From: Mnemiopsis leidyi
Lineage: Eukaryota
Reading direction: 5' to 3'
DNA: 64,000 bases
Assembly: GCA_048537945.1 (NCBI GenBank)
Contig: CM108484.1
Span: 19,009,034-19,073,033, forward strand
The translations under genes and the position numbers were made by a program. Within the stretch, counting starts at the first letter, position 1, and every line of letters starts with the position of its first letter. The notes under the pieces were generated by a model. The model did no database searches. It was not told where the DNA came from and worked only from the letters and a program-made list of their open reading frames with translations. Shown piece by piece: positions 46,613 to 61,255 of the stretch.

Positions 46613-48448
46613 CCTAATAAATCTGGTTAAAGATCACATGCAACATGCTCACTGAGCCAGCCCAGGGCTACGAATATCAAGTGCATTACCTGACAAGTGA
46701 ATAATAAGCGAGAACTAAAAATTTAGAGAATTTCCCGATCTGGTATATTTTGGAAATAAAACTAGACCGGACGGACCGGTCGGCTCCGAAGTTTAGACAT
46801 GTTGTGTGCACAGTACTAAGTTGATCGAGATTTTATTTCTGCTAATCGTTGAAAAGCTTATAACAATAAAGAAATACGACAGACAATTACGTTAGCCTAA
46901 ATCCAGAGGGCGAATTTGTGGCGAGTTTTAAAATGATGGGTTACCAGGCTTTAAGGCTAAAATCACAATTCATTTTTCGCCTTGTCCAACTTTTTCTTTC
47001 AATTATTTGTTTAGAGTTGCGCTAGAATCGTTGGTGGCATATTTGCAGTCTATACTTTAGTTGTATTATTGCTAATTCATTGGTATGTATATACAGATAT
47101 CCCGATGTGGCAATATTTAATTGCTCAAGTTTTAACTGTATTCACTTTAAAAAGTCAATACTATTAACTTTTATTATTCCTTCTCTTGAATATCTACTTT
47201 GGATATTAGTTGTAACATTTTATTCCTGGTAACAATTGTATGTTGTAGAGGCTTTTAAATTGTCGTTAATAGATACTCAACAACTGTTGAACGTTGATAT
47301 ATATGTAGTTTATGATAGATTATATCCGATTCAGTTCAAAATCTCTTCCTTTTAGGATTTCATGGTGACGAAGTGTGTGTGAATCCAAACCACTCCAACA
47401 ACTTTTATAAGATTGAAAGAAGACCTCCTAAAGGAACACTCAGGACCTTTGCAGTTCGCCAGTTCTATGAGATATCGTGTGGATGACTGTCTATCTATAA
47501 GCACGCTAAGGGATCAAGAAGAACTGTGCTCCAGTGTATCAGGTACTTATTAACAAGTCAACTTAACATAAAAGCTCTCAAGCTTAAAGTTATAATAATG
47601 TTTACATATCAGTGCTTAGATATTTGTAGTGCTGTAGCGGAAAAGTCACGCTATCGGATTTGAATAATAATATTTTTAAGTACCATGGTCAGAACAACCT
47701 TTGTATTGGAATTATGTAAAAGTTTTATCAGGAGTAGAATCATTTTTGACCCTCACCAGATACGAGAAGGTATCCGTAAAGATATGGGAGATGGTACTGC
47801 CATTAATACACGCGGTTAATATGGAAACGTAGTAGAGCGAGACACGCTGTTACCATGGCAACGCAGCAAAACGAGACAGCCAGTTACCATTGCAACCTAG
47901 CGGTCGACACACACGGTTATTGAATGGTAACGTAGCAGAACGAGTCACCGTTGTCACCATGGCAGTGCAGACGATTGATGTACAGACAGAAGGCCGACAG
48001 AAGACGGTGCTGTGATGAAAACTATCAGATTAGATTTATACAAGCAGACTGGTTGGTGACCTTTTTTCTTTTTAGATTTTAAATATAGATTAAGTCTTAG
48101 AGTGCAACTGAGCAACCGTTAAATCATATTTACACAGATCATATTAGCATATACAGTACATTTATGATCCGGCTGCCGATTTAAGGATGCAGATTTCACT
48201 ATTCATGACTAAAAATAGTAATCGCAGATAACGTTACATCGATCTCAGCTTGATCCTCGCTCATTTCGATTTGACGTCCTGAAAGATTTCACCAATGAGC
48301 TGTATAGTAGGTAAGATTGGCTAATGTATAAAAGTAAGAAATTTTATAAAACTTGTTATTTCATTACGTGCTTTTCTTATTTAATTTAAGGAATCCTTTA
48401 AATTTCGGACTTGCCCAATCTATAGAATAACCTGCACACATACCCACA

Positions 48449-48476
48449 AACTCTCTCTCTTTCTCTATCTCTCTCT

Positions 48477-48563
<87 letters not shown>

Positions 48564-48575
48564 CTCTCACTCACT
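48449..48575. repeat. (CT)n microsatellite (left palindrome arm)
   Basis: Dinucleotide run, mirrored by (GA)n at 61083-61255. Confidence 0.95.
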
Positions 48576-48954
48576 CTGTGTCTCACACTTGAGCACTTGG
48601 TTGGGTAAATGTATTAATTGGAATTCGCAGCTAAATATCGAGCATAATCACTTCCACTATCTCGCGACATCAGAATTCGGAATGTTCGATAGGTATATAA
48701 TCGATCAGTGCAACACTTTATCTGTTGTCGTATGAATTGAATTTTAGTTGAACTTAGAACATTTCTCGTAATTACACCGACCACTATCTCACAGCCATGG
48801 AATGTTCGAGTCTTTCACTGCTCACTTATTATAACTGTGCCCGGTACGGCGGCGCCAACGTGCTCTTCTGATCACGCCTCATCGATAAGTTTCCATGCCG
48901 GCTCGGTAGTTCTACTTCCATTATAGGCAACGATGGTCTTCTGAATAACGGTGA

Positions 48955-49105
<151 letters not shown>

Positions 49106-50439
49106 AGAGACACTAGTTAAACCAAAATTAATTCCTGTTTAAGTTTTCTTTGCTAAACTGTTTAAGTTTTCCTTTTTTAAACTGGAGCTGTCATTCAAAT
49201 TTACTATCAGCTAGTGTGTGTATTCAGTATTTACGGAAGTTGGCACCAAATCCAAAGTTGATCCAAACAGTGCCACCAGTGACTCAAAGGGGACCACTTG
49301 CAATGATACAATATCTGTACAAGTCAAAACTTTTAACTAATTTGGTCTACAGCGAGTTCTGGACGAATCGGCTAAATCGGCGTTGCAGAACATGCTGTGG
49401 CAAAATTTTATGTTTTAAAACATGCTCGGATCGGGCAAATATATTGAATATTGATTCCAGTAGTAATGCTAAAAAGTTTTGGGATGATTGGCCGTCTGAA
49501 AGTGTGGTACTGTGGTCAATCTGGGCCATATTTCTCTCTTGTGACGTCACACGTGTCTTGTCATACACAATGACAGAAATTGACATTTTCAAAGCATGCT
49601 CGGATTTGTCCGGAATCCAGAATAACAATATTGGACCAACTGACGCGATCTGTGATTTTATCGTAACATTTTATCATTTCCCATAGCAACTCTGTGTTTG
49701 GGCTAAACTCAGTGTAAGGTAAATTCTAGAACTTGATTTCAATTTTAATGATCAATCGTGAAATTTAACTTGCACGTCGGACATGGCTTACTGCTCCGTG
49801 AACCTAAGGAATTTTAAGAAGAACTGTAGATGAACTTCTTAAACCACGTGGTTTATCTTACATGCTAAGCAATTAGTCTACTCTCCAGGCAGATCATGTA
49901 CATAGCAAGATTCGATATGAGGCATGACCTCTGTTATGGGAATCCGCTTTTGGTTTCTCTTTTGAGTACTGTCTCCCTACGATTATGGTTATGCTACTTT
50001 TCGCGTGTTTGAACATAAGATGCTTCAGGCACTCGTCTACGGTCTAACTCGATGCCCGAATATAAATAATTGATGGCCGCTCGGAAAAACATTTTCGCTG
50101 GTACAGTAGAAACTTCTAGACTCACGGTGCACGTGGGCGAGCCGCGCTAGTTTCCCATGGGTCGTTCGATAACGGCGCCACCACATACCAATCTGATAAT
50201 GGTCTATTCTTCAAATCTTGGACATTTTAGCAGTACAAATTAGTTACATGATCTCGATAGATCTTACACTCAGCTAGACTTCTTATTTATTTGTCAAATC
50301 AATGTTGGATAACAGAAATAGATAATCATGTCCAGCCGTTCAAATGATGTCGACACGAAACAGTAAACTTATTGAATATATCCAGCCCCTTATTGTTCCG
50401 AACTACATAATTTCAAATTTGGCGGCACGGTGCTATTCG

Positions 50440-53040
50440 CTCAAATGTTTTCGAGGAGTAAAATCGAAGTAATAATTATCAAGCAGTTACAGTGTTACAA
50501 GCAGTTACAATCACGTTTTAGCAACCTTATGTTTGTAACAAGCATGCTTAATGAGTTGCTTCAATTTCGTCACAGCAAGTTAAGATGTGGAACAAGCATG
50601 GTTAACGAGTTGTTAAAATTACGTCACAGCGGGCTTATGTTTTGAACAAGCATAGTTAGCGGCTTGTTACAATTAAGTTACACAAGCTTTGGTGTCGAAC
50701 AAGCATGGTTAACGAGTTATTAAAATTACGTTACAGCAAGTTTTTGTGTGTAACTAGGATGGTTAACGAGTTGTGACAATTATGTTACAGCAAGCTTATG
50801 TTTGGAATAAGCATGATTAGCGGGTTGATACATTAACGTTAAACAAGTTTTGGTGAGGAACAAGCATGATTAGCAAGTTGTTACATTAGCATTAAACAAG
50901 TTTTGGTGTGGAACTAGCATGGTTGACGAGTTGTAACAAATACGTTGCATAGGTTTTTGTGTGAAACAAGGATGGTTGACGAGTTGTAACTATGACGTTA
51001 CAGCAAGCTTATATTTACAAAAGCATTTTCAGCGAGTTGTGATATTATAAATTATGTTCAGAACAAGCATGGTTGGCGGGTTGTCACAATTATGTTGCAG
51101 CAAGTTTTTATATAGAACAAGCATGGTTAGCGAGTTTTTACTATTACGTTAAGGCGAGCTTATGGCTTATGTATGGAACAAGCACTAAGCAGTTGTTACA
51201 ATTAAGTTACACAAGCTTTGGTGTCGAACAAGCATGGTTGGCTAGTGGCTACAATTAAATTACAGCAAGTTTTCGTGTGGAAAAAGTATGGTTGACGAGT
51301 TGTAACTATTACGTTACAGCAAGCTTATATTTGGAACAAGCATGTTAAGCGAGTTGATACATTTTCGTTACAGCAAGTTTTGGTGTGGAACACGCATGGT
51401 TAACGAGTTGTAACTATAACATTACAGCAAGCTTATGTTTGAAACAAGCATTTTAAGCGAGTTGTTACAATTACGTTACAGCAAGTTTTTGTGTCGAACA
51501 AGCATGATTAACGAGTTGTAACTAATACGTTACAGCAAGCTTATGTTTGGAACAAGCATAGTTCACGAGTTGTAACTATTACGTAATAGCAAGCTTATGT
51601 TTGGAACAAGCATGGTTAACGAGTTATTAAAATTGCGTTACAGCAAGTTTTGATATGGAACAAGCATGGTTAGCGAGTTTTTACTATTACGTTTAGGCAA
51701 GCCTATGACTTATGTTTGGAACAAGCATAGTTAGCGGCTTGTTATATTTAAGTTACACAAGCTTTCGTGTCGAACATGCATGGTTGGCTACAATTACATT
51801 ACAGCAAGTTTTTGTGTGTAACTAGCATGGTAAACGCGTTGTAACTATTACGTTACAGCAAGCTTATGTTTGGAACAAGCATGTTTAGCGAGTTCATACA
51901 TTTACGTTACAGCAAGTTTTGGTATGGAACAAGCATGATTAGCAAGTTGTTACAAATACGTTACACAAATTTTTGTGTGAAACTAGGATGGTTTTTACAT
52001 TCACGTTACACAATTTTTTGTGTAGAACAAGCATGATTAACGAGTTGTAACAGTTACAGCAAGCTTAAGTTTGGAACAGGCATGGTTAGCGAGTTGCTAG
52101 AATTACGTTTAAGCAAGTGCCAAGTTGAGGTGTGAAACAAGCATCGTTAGCGAGTTGTTACAATTACGTTACAGCAAGTGCTAAGATTAGGTGTAGAACA
52201 AGCATTTTTAGCGAGTTGTTATATTAACGTTACACAAGTTTTGGTGCTGAACGAGCATGGTAAACGAGTTGTAACTATAACGTTACAGCAAGCTTATGTT
52301 TGAAACACGCATTTTTAGCGAGTTGTTATATTAACGTCACACCAAGTTTTGGTGTGGAACAAGCATGGCTAGCGAGTTCTTACAATTACGTTACAGCAAG
52401 TGTTCGTTGGGCCAGGCATTTTTTAGCGAGTTGTTATATTACCGTTACACCAAGTTTTGGTGTGGAACAAGCATAATTAACGAGTTGTAACTAAGCTTAT
52501 GTTTGAAACAAGCATGATTAGCGGGTTGATACATTAACGTCAAACAAGTTTTCGTGTGGAACAAGCATGATTAGCAAGTTGTTACATTATCGTTAAGCAA
52601 GTTTTGGTGTGGAACTAGCATGGTTGACGAGTTGTTACTATGACGTTACAGCAAGCTTATATTTAAAAAAGCATTTTCAGCGAGTTGTAATATTAACGTT
52701 ACAGCAAGTTTTTATGTGGAACAAGCATGGTTACCGAGTTGTTACATTCACGTTACACAAGTTTTCATGTGGAACAAGCATGGTTTATAGCGAGTTGTTA
52801 CATCCACGTTACACAAGTTTTGTGTGGAACAAGCATGGTTAACGAGTTGTAACTATAACGTTACAGCAAGCTTATGTTTGGAACAGACATGGTTAGTGAG
52901 TTGTTAAAATTACGTTACAGCAAGTGCCAAGTTTAGGTGTGAAACAAGCATGGTTAGAGAGTTGTTACAATTACGTTACAGCAAGTGCCTAGTTTAGGTG
53001 CGGAACAAGCATGATTGTGAGTTGTTACAATTTCGATGTG
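50440..53040. repeat. 55-bp satellite array, about 47 units (ACAAGCATGGTTAACGAGTTGTAACTATTACGTTACAGCAAGCTTATGTTTGGA)
   Basis: Direct visual periodicity. The units are diverged by about 10-20%. Confidence 0.9.
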
Positions 53041-53378
53041 GTATAAAACGATGTAGGTAGTGAAAATGTCATGTTGTTGCAATAGCGTGGCGAAAATCCC
53101 GAACAAAATATTAAATACACACTGTTAAGACTACTTTTAGAGACAAAAACTACTGGTACAATTTAAGTATGCTATTGTACAAATAATTTGAGCTACGAAC
53201 ATGAAAAATGGAATATTTTTCGAAACGTCAGATTAAATGCGATTTAGTTTTTTAACAACAAAGTGATCATCTCGACTTTCATTGTCCTTTTTATCATAAA
53301 AGTTTCAAAGTAGGCCATATTTACAACACCGTACCACTGTTGATTCTAGAGCTTTATCAATTTTGTTTTATGTCTTAT

Positions 53379-53718
53379 GGGCTGGTGGTGTAGTGGTTTG
53401 CTTCTCGGCTCCCACGCAGGAGGTCGGTGGTTCAAATCCCGTATCCGCCAGTCCTAGAGAAGTGCGCTAAGGGCATTTGCCTATGCAACCTTCTTCGGTC
53501 GACTCAGCCGAATGATCGGGAAACCGTGATTGAGGGTTAAATGAGTAGCTGCCCATTGCAGCGAAGTCTCGGGCGATAAAAGTATGGTACACAGTACCTT
53601 AACCGTCACTGGCGTGTATGTATAATTGTACATTCGGCCTCCTGTAATTGGCCGTTACACTTGTGTAACATGTGGCTGTTGGAGTGTCCGAATTAAAATA
53701 AGTATGAGATATATTAAG
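53379..53718 (+). mobile_element. tRNA-derived SINE copy
   Basis: 5' tRNA-like head GGGCTGGTGGTGTAGTGGTT...GGTTCAAATCCCG with Pol III box A/B-like motifs. It is followed by the core CTCAGCCGAATGATCGGGAAACCGTGATTGAGGGTTAAATGAG, which is shared with the copy at 42440-42733. This copy is absent from the homologous position of the opposite palindrome arm (about 56395), so it inserted after the duplication. Confidence 0.75.
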
Positions 53719-54839
53719 GTCCCGACTGCAGGATCTTGGTCGTTGTTATACTGTTAACCCAAAATCTAACATCCATTTTTTTCAGATTTGACGGACTTCC
53801 CGAATTATCACAGTAGACTGTAGACTGTAGTCGATGTTCCCTCAACTGTACGTGTTGCATTACATCGGTTGTTGCTATCGTCACGATGACACTTCATGTA
53901 TGTTGGCGATAAGTGTGTGGGTCTGCAATTGTTACGACTATTTATGTGACTATGTACGACTAGGAAATGCGATCTTTTAGGGAACTTTTTACTCAAAATA
54001 ATTTCGAACAGAAACGTTGGTATTCATTCTGAAAACAAACAATGAATATCTTCATGAACTTCTTATAGTATTATGCAAACGAGGTTGTAATCGTATTACC
54101 ATTGTTATCTATAGTGCTTCTAAGTCTACATCGATGTTTTTTATTGTTACTTTATATTGTTGACTCATTTTCATTTATTGCTGTAAGTTACATAAATGGA
54201 CGACGGAATTCTTGGGGAGGAGTCGGAAATGGTTTATCACGTGACGGCGTATATAAAGATTGATTGTTCGCATCTTGCTTCTAAGCTTCTTGTTTAGAAG
54301 CTGACACATGATATCATGATGGGAAAAATTTTCATCTCTTCTACAAGAGTTCTGACGCCCCTGGTCCATAACTTTGCATATTAATTGTAGATTGTGTTAA
54401 AACTGACAAATGTAAACTTTATTGTTATCTACGATAGTCGATATCTCCAATTTGAAAGTAACTATAATAAAAGATTGACTTGCTAGTTATTCTGTTTTTT
54501 TCAGTTCACAGTTACACTGATAAGAAATTCGTTTCAATTTACGATTACTATACTACTGATATTACTGTGTTACTGATAAGACGTTATATTTATATTCCTC
54601 CAAGTCCAAGGATATATATCGCCTAGATCATAGATCTTAATATAGCTGCAGAATACTGAAAGCTTAGTAAATTTCACCCTTACGCTTTTCCGGGGACATT
54701 TATTGGCAACGGCCAATAAATGTGTAATGTGTGTAAGATTAAAACGTGCTCTTCAGTTTTCGTACGTTACCTGCAAGCTCTAGCTTGTAGCTCTCATACT
54801 TTAACTTAGTACGGCGGTCGCCGTACAAACTTAGTAATA

Positions 54840-55260
54840 AATTATCACGTGACCAAACGCGCGCATTTATGCTGCGCGCGCCCGCATATTTCGTCCGTCT
54901 ATCGTTTCGTTAGAACGTTAGACGGATATAATCTCGTCAACAGTATGTTCAATGTTATCAACCTAAAAGGTGATACCCGACGCGACTCACACAGCTAAAG
55001 CTGAACGAGATCGTTTCGTTAGAACGGTAGACGCGACGGATATAATCTCGTCAATTGCAGTTTTGTTTGCTACACGTTGCATAGCCCTGCTGCGCTGCCG
55101 CGAAAACAAGTTTTTGTTGCTTTGTCGGAAAGTTGACGAGATGATATCCGTCTACCGTTCTAACGAAACGATAGACGGACGAAATATGCGGGCGCGCGCA
55201 GCGTAAATGCGCGCGTTTAGTCACGTGATACATTTATTACTAATTTTGTACGGCGACCGC
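54840..55260. mobile_element. foldback element at the centre of the giant palindrome (same family as 43383-44700)
   Basis: The arms ACTTAGTACGGCGGTCGCCGTAC...CGTCTATCGTTTCGTTAGAACG...GATATAATCTCGTCAAC end at 54941 and their reverse complement starts at 55132. The 190-bp spacer GGTGATACCCGAC...CAGCTAAAGCTGAACGAGATCGTTTCGTTAGAACGGTAGACG is homologous to the terminal arms of the 43383-44700 element. Confidence 0.7.
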
Positions 55261-56754
55261 CGTACTAAGTTAAAGTATGAGAGCTTGCAGGTAACGTACG
55301 AAAACTGAAGCACGTGTGAAGTGCACGTTTAAATCTAACAGACATTACACATTTATTGGCCATAATTGGGCATTATCCCCGGAAAAGTGTAAAGGTGAAA
55401 TTTACTAAGCTTTCAGTATTCTGCAGTTATATTTAGATCTAGGCGATATATATCCTTGGACTTGGAGGAATATAAATATAATGTCTTATCAGTAACACAG
55501 TAATATCAGTAGTACAGTAATCGTAAATTGAAACGAATTTCTTATCATTGTTACTGAAATAACACAATAACTAGCAACTCAATCTTTCATTATAGTTACT
55601 TACAAATTGGAGATATCGACCATCGTAGGGTCTAAGTCAAAAGATGATAAAGTTTACAATTGTCAGTTTTAACAAAATCTACAATTAATATACAAAGTTA
55701 TGGACCAGGGGCGTCAGAACTCTTGTAGAAGAGATGAAAATTTTTCCCATCATGTGTCAGCGATTAACCAACAAGAAGCTTAGAAGCAAGATGCGAACAA
55801 TCAATCTTTATTGTTTATAATTATATACGGCGTCACGTGATAAAAGTTTTATTAAAACATTTCCGAGAAGAATTCCGACGTCCATTTATGTAACTTACAG
55901 CAACAAATGAAATTGAGTCAACAATATAAAGTAATAATAAAAAACATCGATGTAGACGATATAGATTATAGAAGCACTATAGTTAACAATGGTAATACGA
56001 TTACAACCTCGTTTTCTAGATTTGTGGTCACAACAATTCAAATTCATTCAGATGCATAATACTATAAGAAGTTCATAAAGATACTCATTGTTTGTTTTCA
56101 GAATGAAGACCAACGTTTCTGTTTGAAATTATTTCGAGCAAAAAGTTCCCTAAAAGATCGCATTTCCTAGTCGTACATAGTCACATAAATAGTCGTAACA
56201 ATTGCAGACCCACGCACTTATCGCCAACATACATGAAGTGCCATCGTGACGATAGCAACAACCGATGTAATGCAACATGTACAGTTGAGGGAACATCGAC
56301 TCTACAGTCTACTGTGATAATTCGGTAAGTCCGTCAAATCTGAAAAAAATGGATGTTAGATTTTGGGTTAACAGTAGAACAACGACCAAGATCCTGCAGT
56401 CGGGACCTTAATGTTGAGACCTAAAACAAAATTGATAAAGCTCTAGAATCAACAGTGGTACGGTGTTGTAAATATGGCCTACTTTGAAACTCCATTATAA
56501 AAAGGACAATGAAAGTCGAGATGATCATTTTGTTGTTACAAAAGGTAAAAATCGCATTTAATCTGACGTTTCGAAAAATATTCCATTTTTCATGTTCGTA
56601 GCTCAAATTATTTGTATAATAGCATACTTAAATTGTACCAGTAGTTTTCGTCTCTAAAAGTAGTCTAAACAGTGTGTATTTAATATTTTGTTCGGAATTT
56701 TCGCCACACTATTGCAACAACATGACATTTTCACTGACTACATTGTTTTATACC

Positions 56755-59100
56755 ACATCGAAATTTTAACAACTCACTAACCATGCTTGTTCCGCACCTA
56801 AACTTGGCACTTGCTGTAACGTAATTCTAACAACTCACAAACCATGTCTGTTCCAAACATAAGCTTGCTGTAACGTTATAGTTACAACTCGTTAACCATG
56901 CTTGTTCCACGCAAAAACTTGCATAATGTGAATGTAATAACTCGCTAACCATGCTTGTTCCACATGAAAACTTGCTGTTACGTAAATATTACAACTCGCT
57001 GAAAATACTTTTTTAAATATAAGCTTGCTGTAAGGTCATAGTTACAACTCGTCAACCATCCTTGTTTCACACAAAAACCTATGCAACGTATTTGTAACAA
57101 CTCGTCAACCATGGTAGTTCCACACCAAAACTTGTTTAACGTTAATGTAACAACTTGGTAATCATGCTTGTTCCACACCAAAACTTGTTTAACGTTAATG
57201 TATCAACCCGCTAATCATGCTTGTTCCAAACATAAGCTTGCTGTAACATAATGGTTACCACTCGTTAACCATGCTAGTTACAGTAGTTACACACAAAAAC
57301 TTGCTGTAATGTAATTGTTACCACTAGCCAACCATGCTTGTTCGACACCAAAGCTTGTGTAACTTAATTGTAACAAGCCGCTTACTATGCTTGTTCCCTA
57401 TCAAAACTTGCTGTAACGTAATTTTAATAACTCGTTAACCATGCTTGTTCCAAACATAAGCTTGCTGTAAAGTATTAGTTACAACTCGTTGATCATGCTT
57501 GTTTCACACCAAAACTTGGTGTAACGTTAATAAAAATGCCTGTTCCAAACAAACACTTACTGTAACGTAATTGTAACAACTCGCTAGCCATGCTTGTTCC
57601 ACACCAAAACTTGGTGTAACGTTAATATAACAACTCGCTAAAAATGCTTGTTTCAAACATAAGCTTGCTGTAACGTTATAGTTACAACTCGTTAACCATG
57701 CTCGTTCAACACCAAGACTTGTGTAACGTTAATATAACAACTCGCTAAAAATGCTTGTTTACACCTAAACTAGGCACTTGCTGTAACGTAATTGTAACAA
57801 CTCACTAACCATGCTTGTTTCACACCTAAACTTGGCACTTGCTGTAACGTAATTCTAGCAACTCACTAACCATGCCTGTTCCAAACATAAGCTTGCTGTA
57901 ACGTTATAGTTACAACTCGTTAATCATGCTTGTTCCACACAAAAACTTGTGTAACGTGAATGTAACAACTCGCTAACCATGCTTGTTCCACATGAAATCT
58001 TGCTGTAACGTTAATGTAACAACTCGCTGAAAATGCTTTTTTAAACATAATCTTGCTGCAACGTCATAGTTACAACTCGTCAACCATCCTTTTTTCACAC
58101 ACAAACTTGTGTAACATATTTGTAACAACTTGCTAATCATGCTTGTTCCATACCAAAACTTGCTGTAATGTAAATGTATGAACTCGCTAAACATGCTTGG
58201 TCCAAACATAAGCTTGCATAAGTTACAACTCGTTTACCATACTTTTTCCACACGAAAACTTGCTGTAATTTAATTGTAACCACTAGCCAACCATGCTTGT
58301 TCGACACCAAAGCTTGTGTAACTTAATTGTAACAACTGCTTAGTGCTTGTTCCATACATAAGCCATAAACTAGCCTTAACGTAATAGTAACAACTAGCTA
58401 ACCATGCTTGTTCCATATAAAAACTCGCTAAATATAAGCTTGCTGTAATGTAATTGTAAGCTTGCTGTAATGTAATTGTAACCACTAGCCAACATAAGCT
58501 TGTTCCAAACATAAGCTTGCTATTACGTAGTAGTTACAACTTGTTAACCATGCATGTTCCAAACATAAGCTTGCTGTAACGTAATAGTTACAACTCGTCA
58601 ACCATGCTAGTTACACACAAAAACTTGCTGTAATGTAATTGTAACCACTAGCCAACATAAGCTTGTTCCAAACATAAGCTTGCTATTACGTAATAGTTAC
58701 AACTCGTTAACCATGCTTGTTCCAAACATAAGCTTGCTGTAACTCCACTAGCCAACATAAGCTTGTTCCAAACATAAGCTTGCTATTACGTAGTAGTTAC
58801 AACTTGTTAACCATGCATGTTCCAAACATAAGCTTGCTGTAACGTAATAGTTACACACTTGCTGTAATGTAATTGTAACCACTAGCCAACCATGCTTGTT
58901 CGACACCAAAGCTTGTGTAACTTAATTGCAACAGGCCGATAACTATGCTTGTTCCAAACATAAGCCCGCTGTGACGTAAATTTAACAACATGCTTGTTCC
59001 ACACCTTAACTTGCTGTGACGAAATTGTAGCAACTCATTAGGCATGCATGTTACAAACATAAGGTTGCTAAAACGTGATTGTAACTGCTTGTATCATTGT
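56755..59100. repeat. the same 55-bp satellite in inverse orientation (right palindrome arm)
   Basis: Reverse complement of the 50440-53040 array. Confidence 0.9.
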
Positions 59101-60460
59101 AACTGCTTGATAATTATTACTTCGATTTTACTCTTCGAAAGCATTTGAGCGAATAGCACCGTGCCGCCAAATTTGAAATTATGTAGTTCGGAACGATAAG
59201 GGGCTGAATATATTCAATAAGTTTACTGTTTCGTGTCGACATCATTAGAACGGCTGGACATGATTACCTATTTCTGTTATCCAACATTGATTTGACAAAT
59301 AAATAAGAAGTCTACCTGAGTGTAAGATCTATGGAGATCAAGTAACTAATTTGTACTGCTAAAATGTCCAAGATTTGAAGAATAGACCATTATCAGATTG
59401 GTATGTGGTGGCGCCGTTATCGAACGACCCATGGGAAACTGGCGCGGCTCGCCCACGTGCACCGTGAGTCTAGAAATTTCTACTGTACCAGCGATTTCCA
59501 GCGAAAATGTTTTTCCGAGCGGCCATCTATTATTTATATTCGGGCATCGAGTTAGACCGTAGACGAGTGCCTGAAGCATCTTATGTTCATACACGCGAAA
59601 AGTAGCTTACCCGTACATGCATAACCATGATCGTAGGGTGACAGTACTCAAAAGAGAAACTATAAGTGGATTCCCATAACAGAGCTAATGCCTTATATCG
59701 AATTTGGCTATGTACATAATCTGCCTGGAGAGTCGACTTATTGCTTAGTATGTAAGATAAACCACGTGGTTTGAGAAGTTGATCTACAGTTCTTCTCAAA
59801 ATTCCTTTGGTTCACGGAGCAGTAAGCCATGTCCGATGTGCAAGTTAAATTTTACGATTAATCATTAAAATTGAAATCAAGTTCCAGAATTTACCTTACA
59901 CTGAATTTAGCCCAAACACAGAGTTGCTATGGGAATTGATAAAATGTCACGATAAAAAACACAGATCGCGTCAGTTGGTCCAATAAATTGTTATTCTAGA
60001 TTCTGGACAAATCCCTGCATGCTTTGAAGATGTAAATTTTTGTCAGTTTGTATGACAACACACGTGTGACGTCACAAGAGAGAAATATGGCCCAGATTGA
60101 CCACAGTACCACACTTTCAGACGGCCAATCATCCCAAAAATTTTTTAGCATTACTACTGGAATCAATATTCAATACCGAACAAATGCGACCTATATTTGC
60201 CCGATCCGAGCATGTTTTATAACATAAAATTTTGCCACAGCATGTTCTGTAACGCCTATTCAGCAGATTCGTCCAAAAACTCGCTGTAGACCAAATTAGT
60301 TAAAAGTTTTGACTTGTTGTACAGATATGGTATCATTGCAAGTGGTTAATGAAGTCCCCTTTGGGTCACTGGTGGCACTGTTCGGATTAACTTTGGATTT
60401 GGTGCCAACTTCCGTGAATACACCTAGTAGCTGATAGTAAATTTGAACGACAGCTCCAGT

Positions 60461-60700
<240 letters not shown>

Positions 60701-61082
60701 TTATTCAGTAGACCATGATCATTGCCTATAATGGAAGTATAACTACCGAGCCGGCATGGAAACTTATCGATGAGGCGTGATCAGAAGAGCACATAGGCGC
60801 CGCTGTACCGGGCACAGTTATAATAAGTGAGCAGTGAAAGACTCGAACATTCCATGGCTGTGAGATAGTGGTCGGTGTAATTACCGGAAATGTTCTAAGT
60901 TCAACTAAAATTCAATTCATACGATAACAGATAACAGATAAAGTGTTGCACTGATCGATTATATACCTATCGAACATTCCGAATTCTGATGTCGTGAGAT
61001 AGTGGAAGTGATTATGCTAGATATTTAACTGCGAATTTCAATTGATACATTTACCCAGCCGAGTGCTCAAGTGTGAGACACA

Positions 61083-61092
61083 GAGTGAGAGA

Positions 61093-61132
<40 letters not shown>

Positions 61133-61164
61133 GAGAGAGAGAGAGAGAGAGAGAGAGAGGGCTA

Positions 61165-61215
<51 letters not shown>

Positions 61216-61255
61216 CTAGAGGGAGAGAGAGAGGGCTAGAGGGAGAAAGAGACAG
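61083..61255. repeat. (GA)n microsatellite with GGGCTAGAGG interruptions (right arm)
   Basis: Dinucleotide run. Confidence 0.95.

Noticed and set aside
49150-49686. 178-aa + ORF in the left arm
   Set aside because: It has no recognisable domain, and its mirror copy on the right arm is interrupted. It is likely non-coding.
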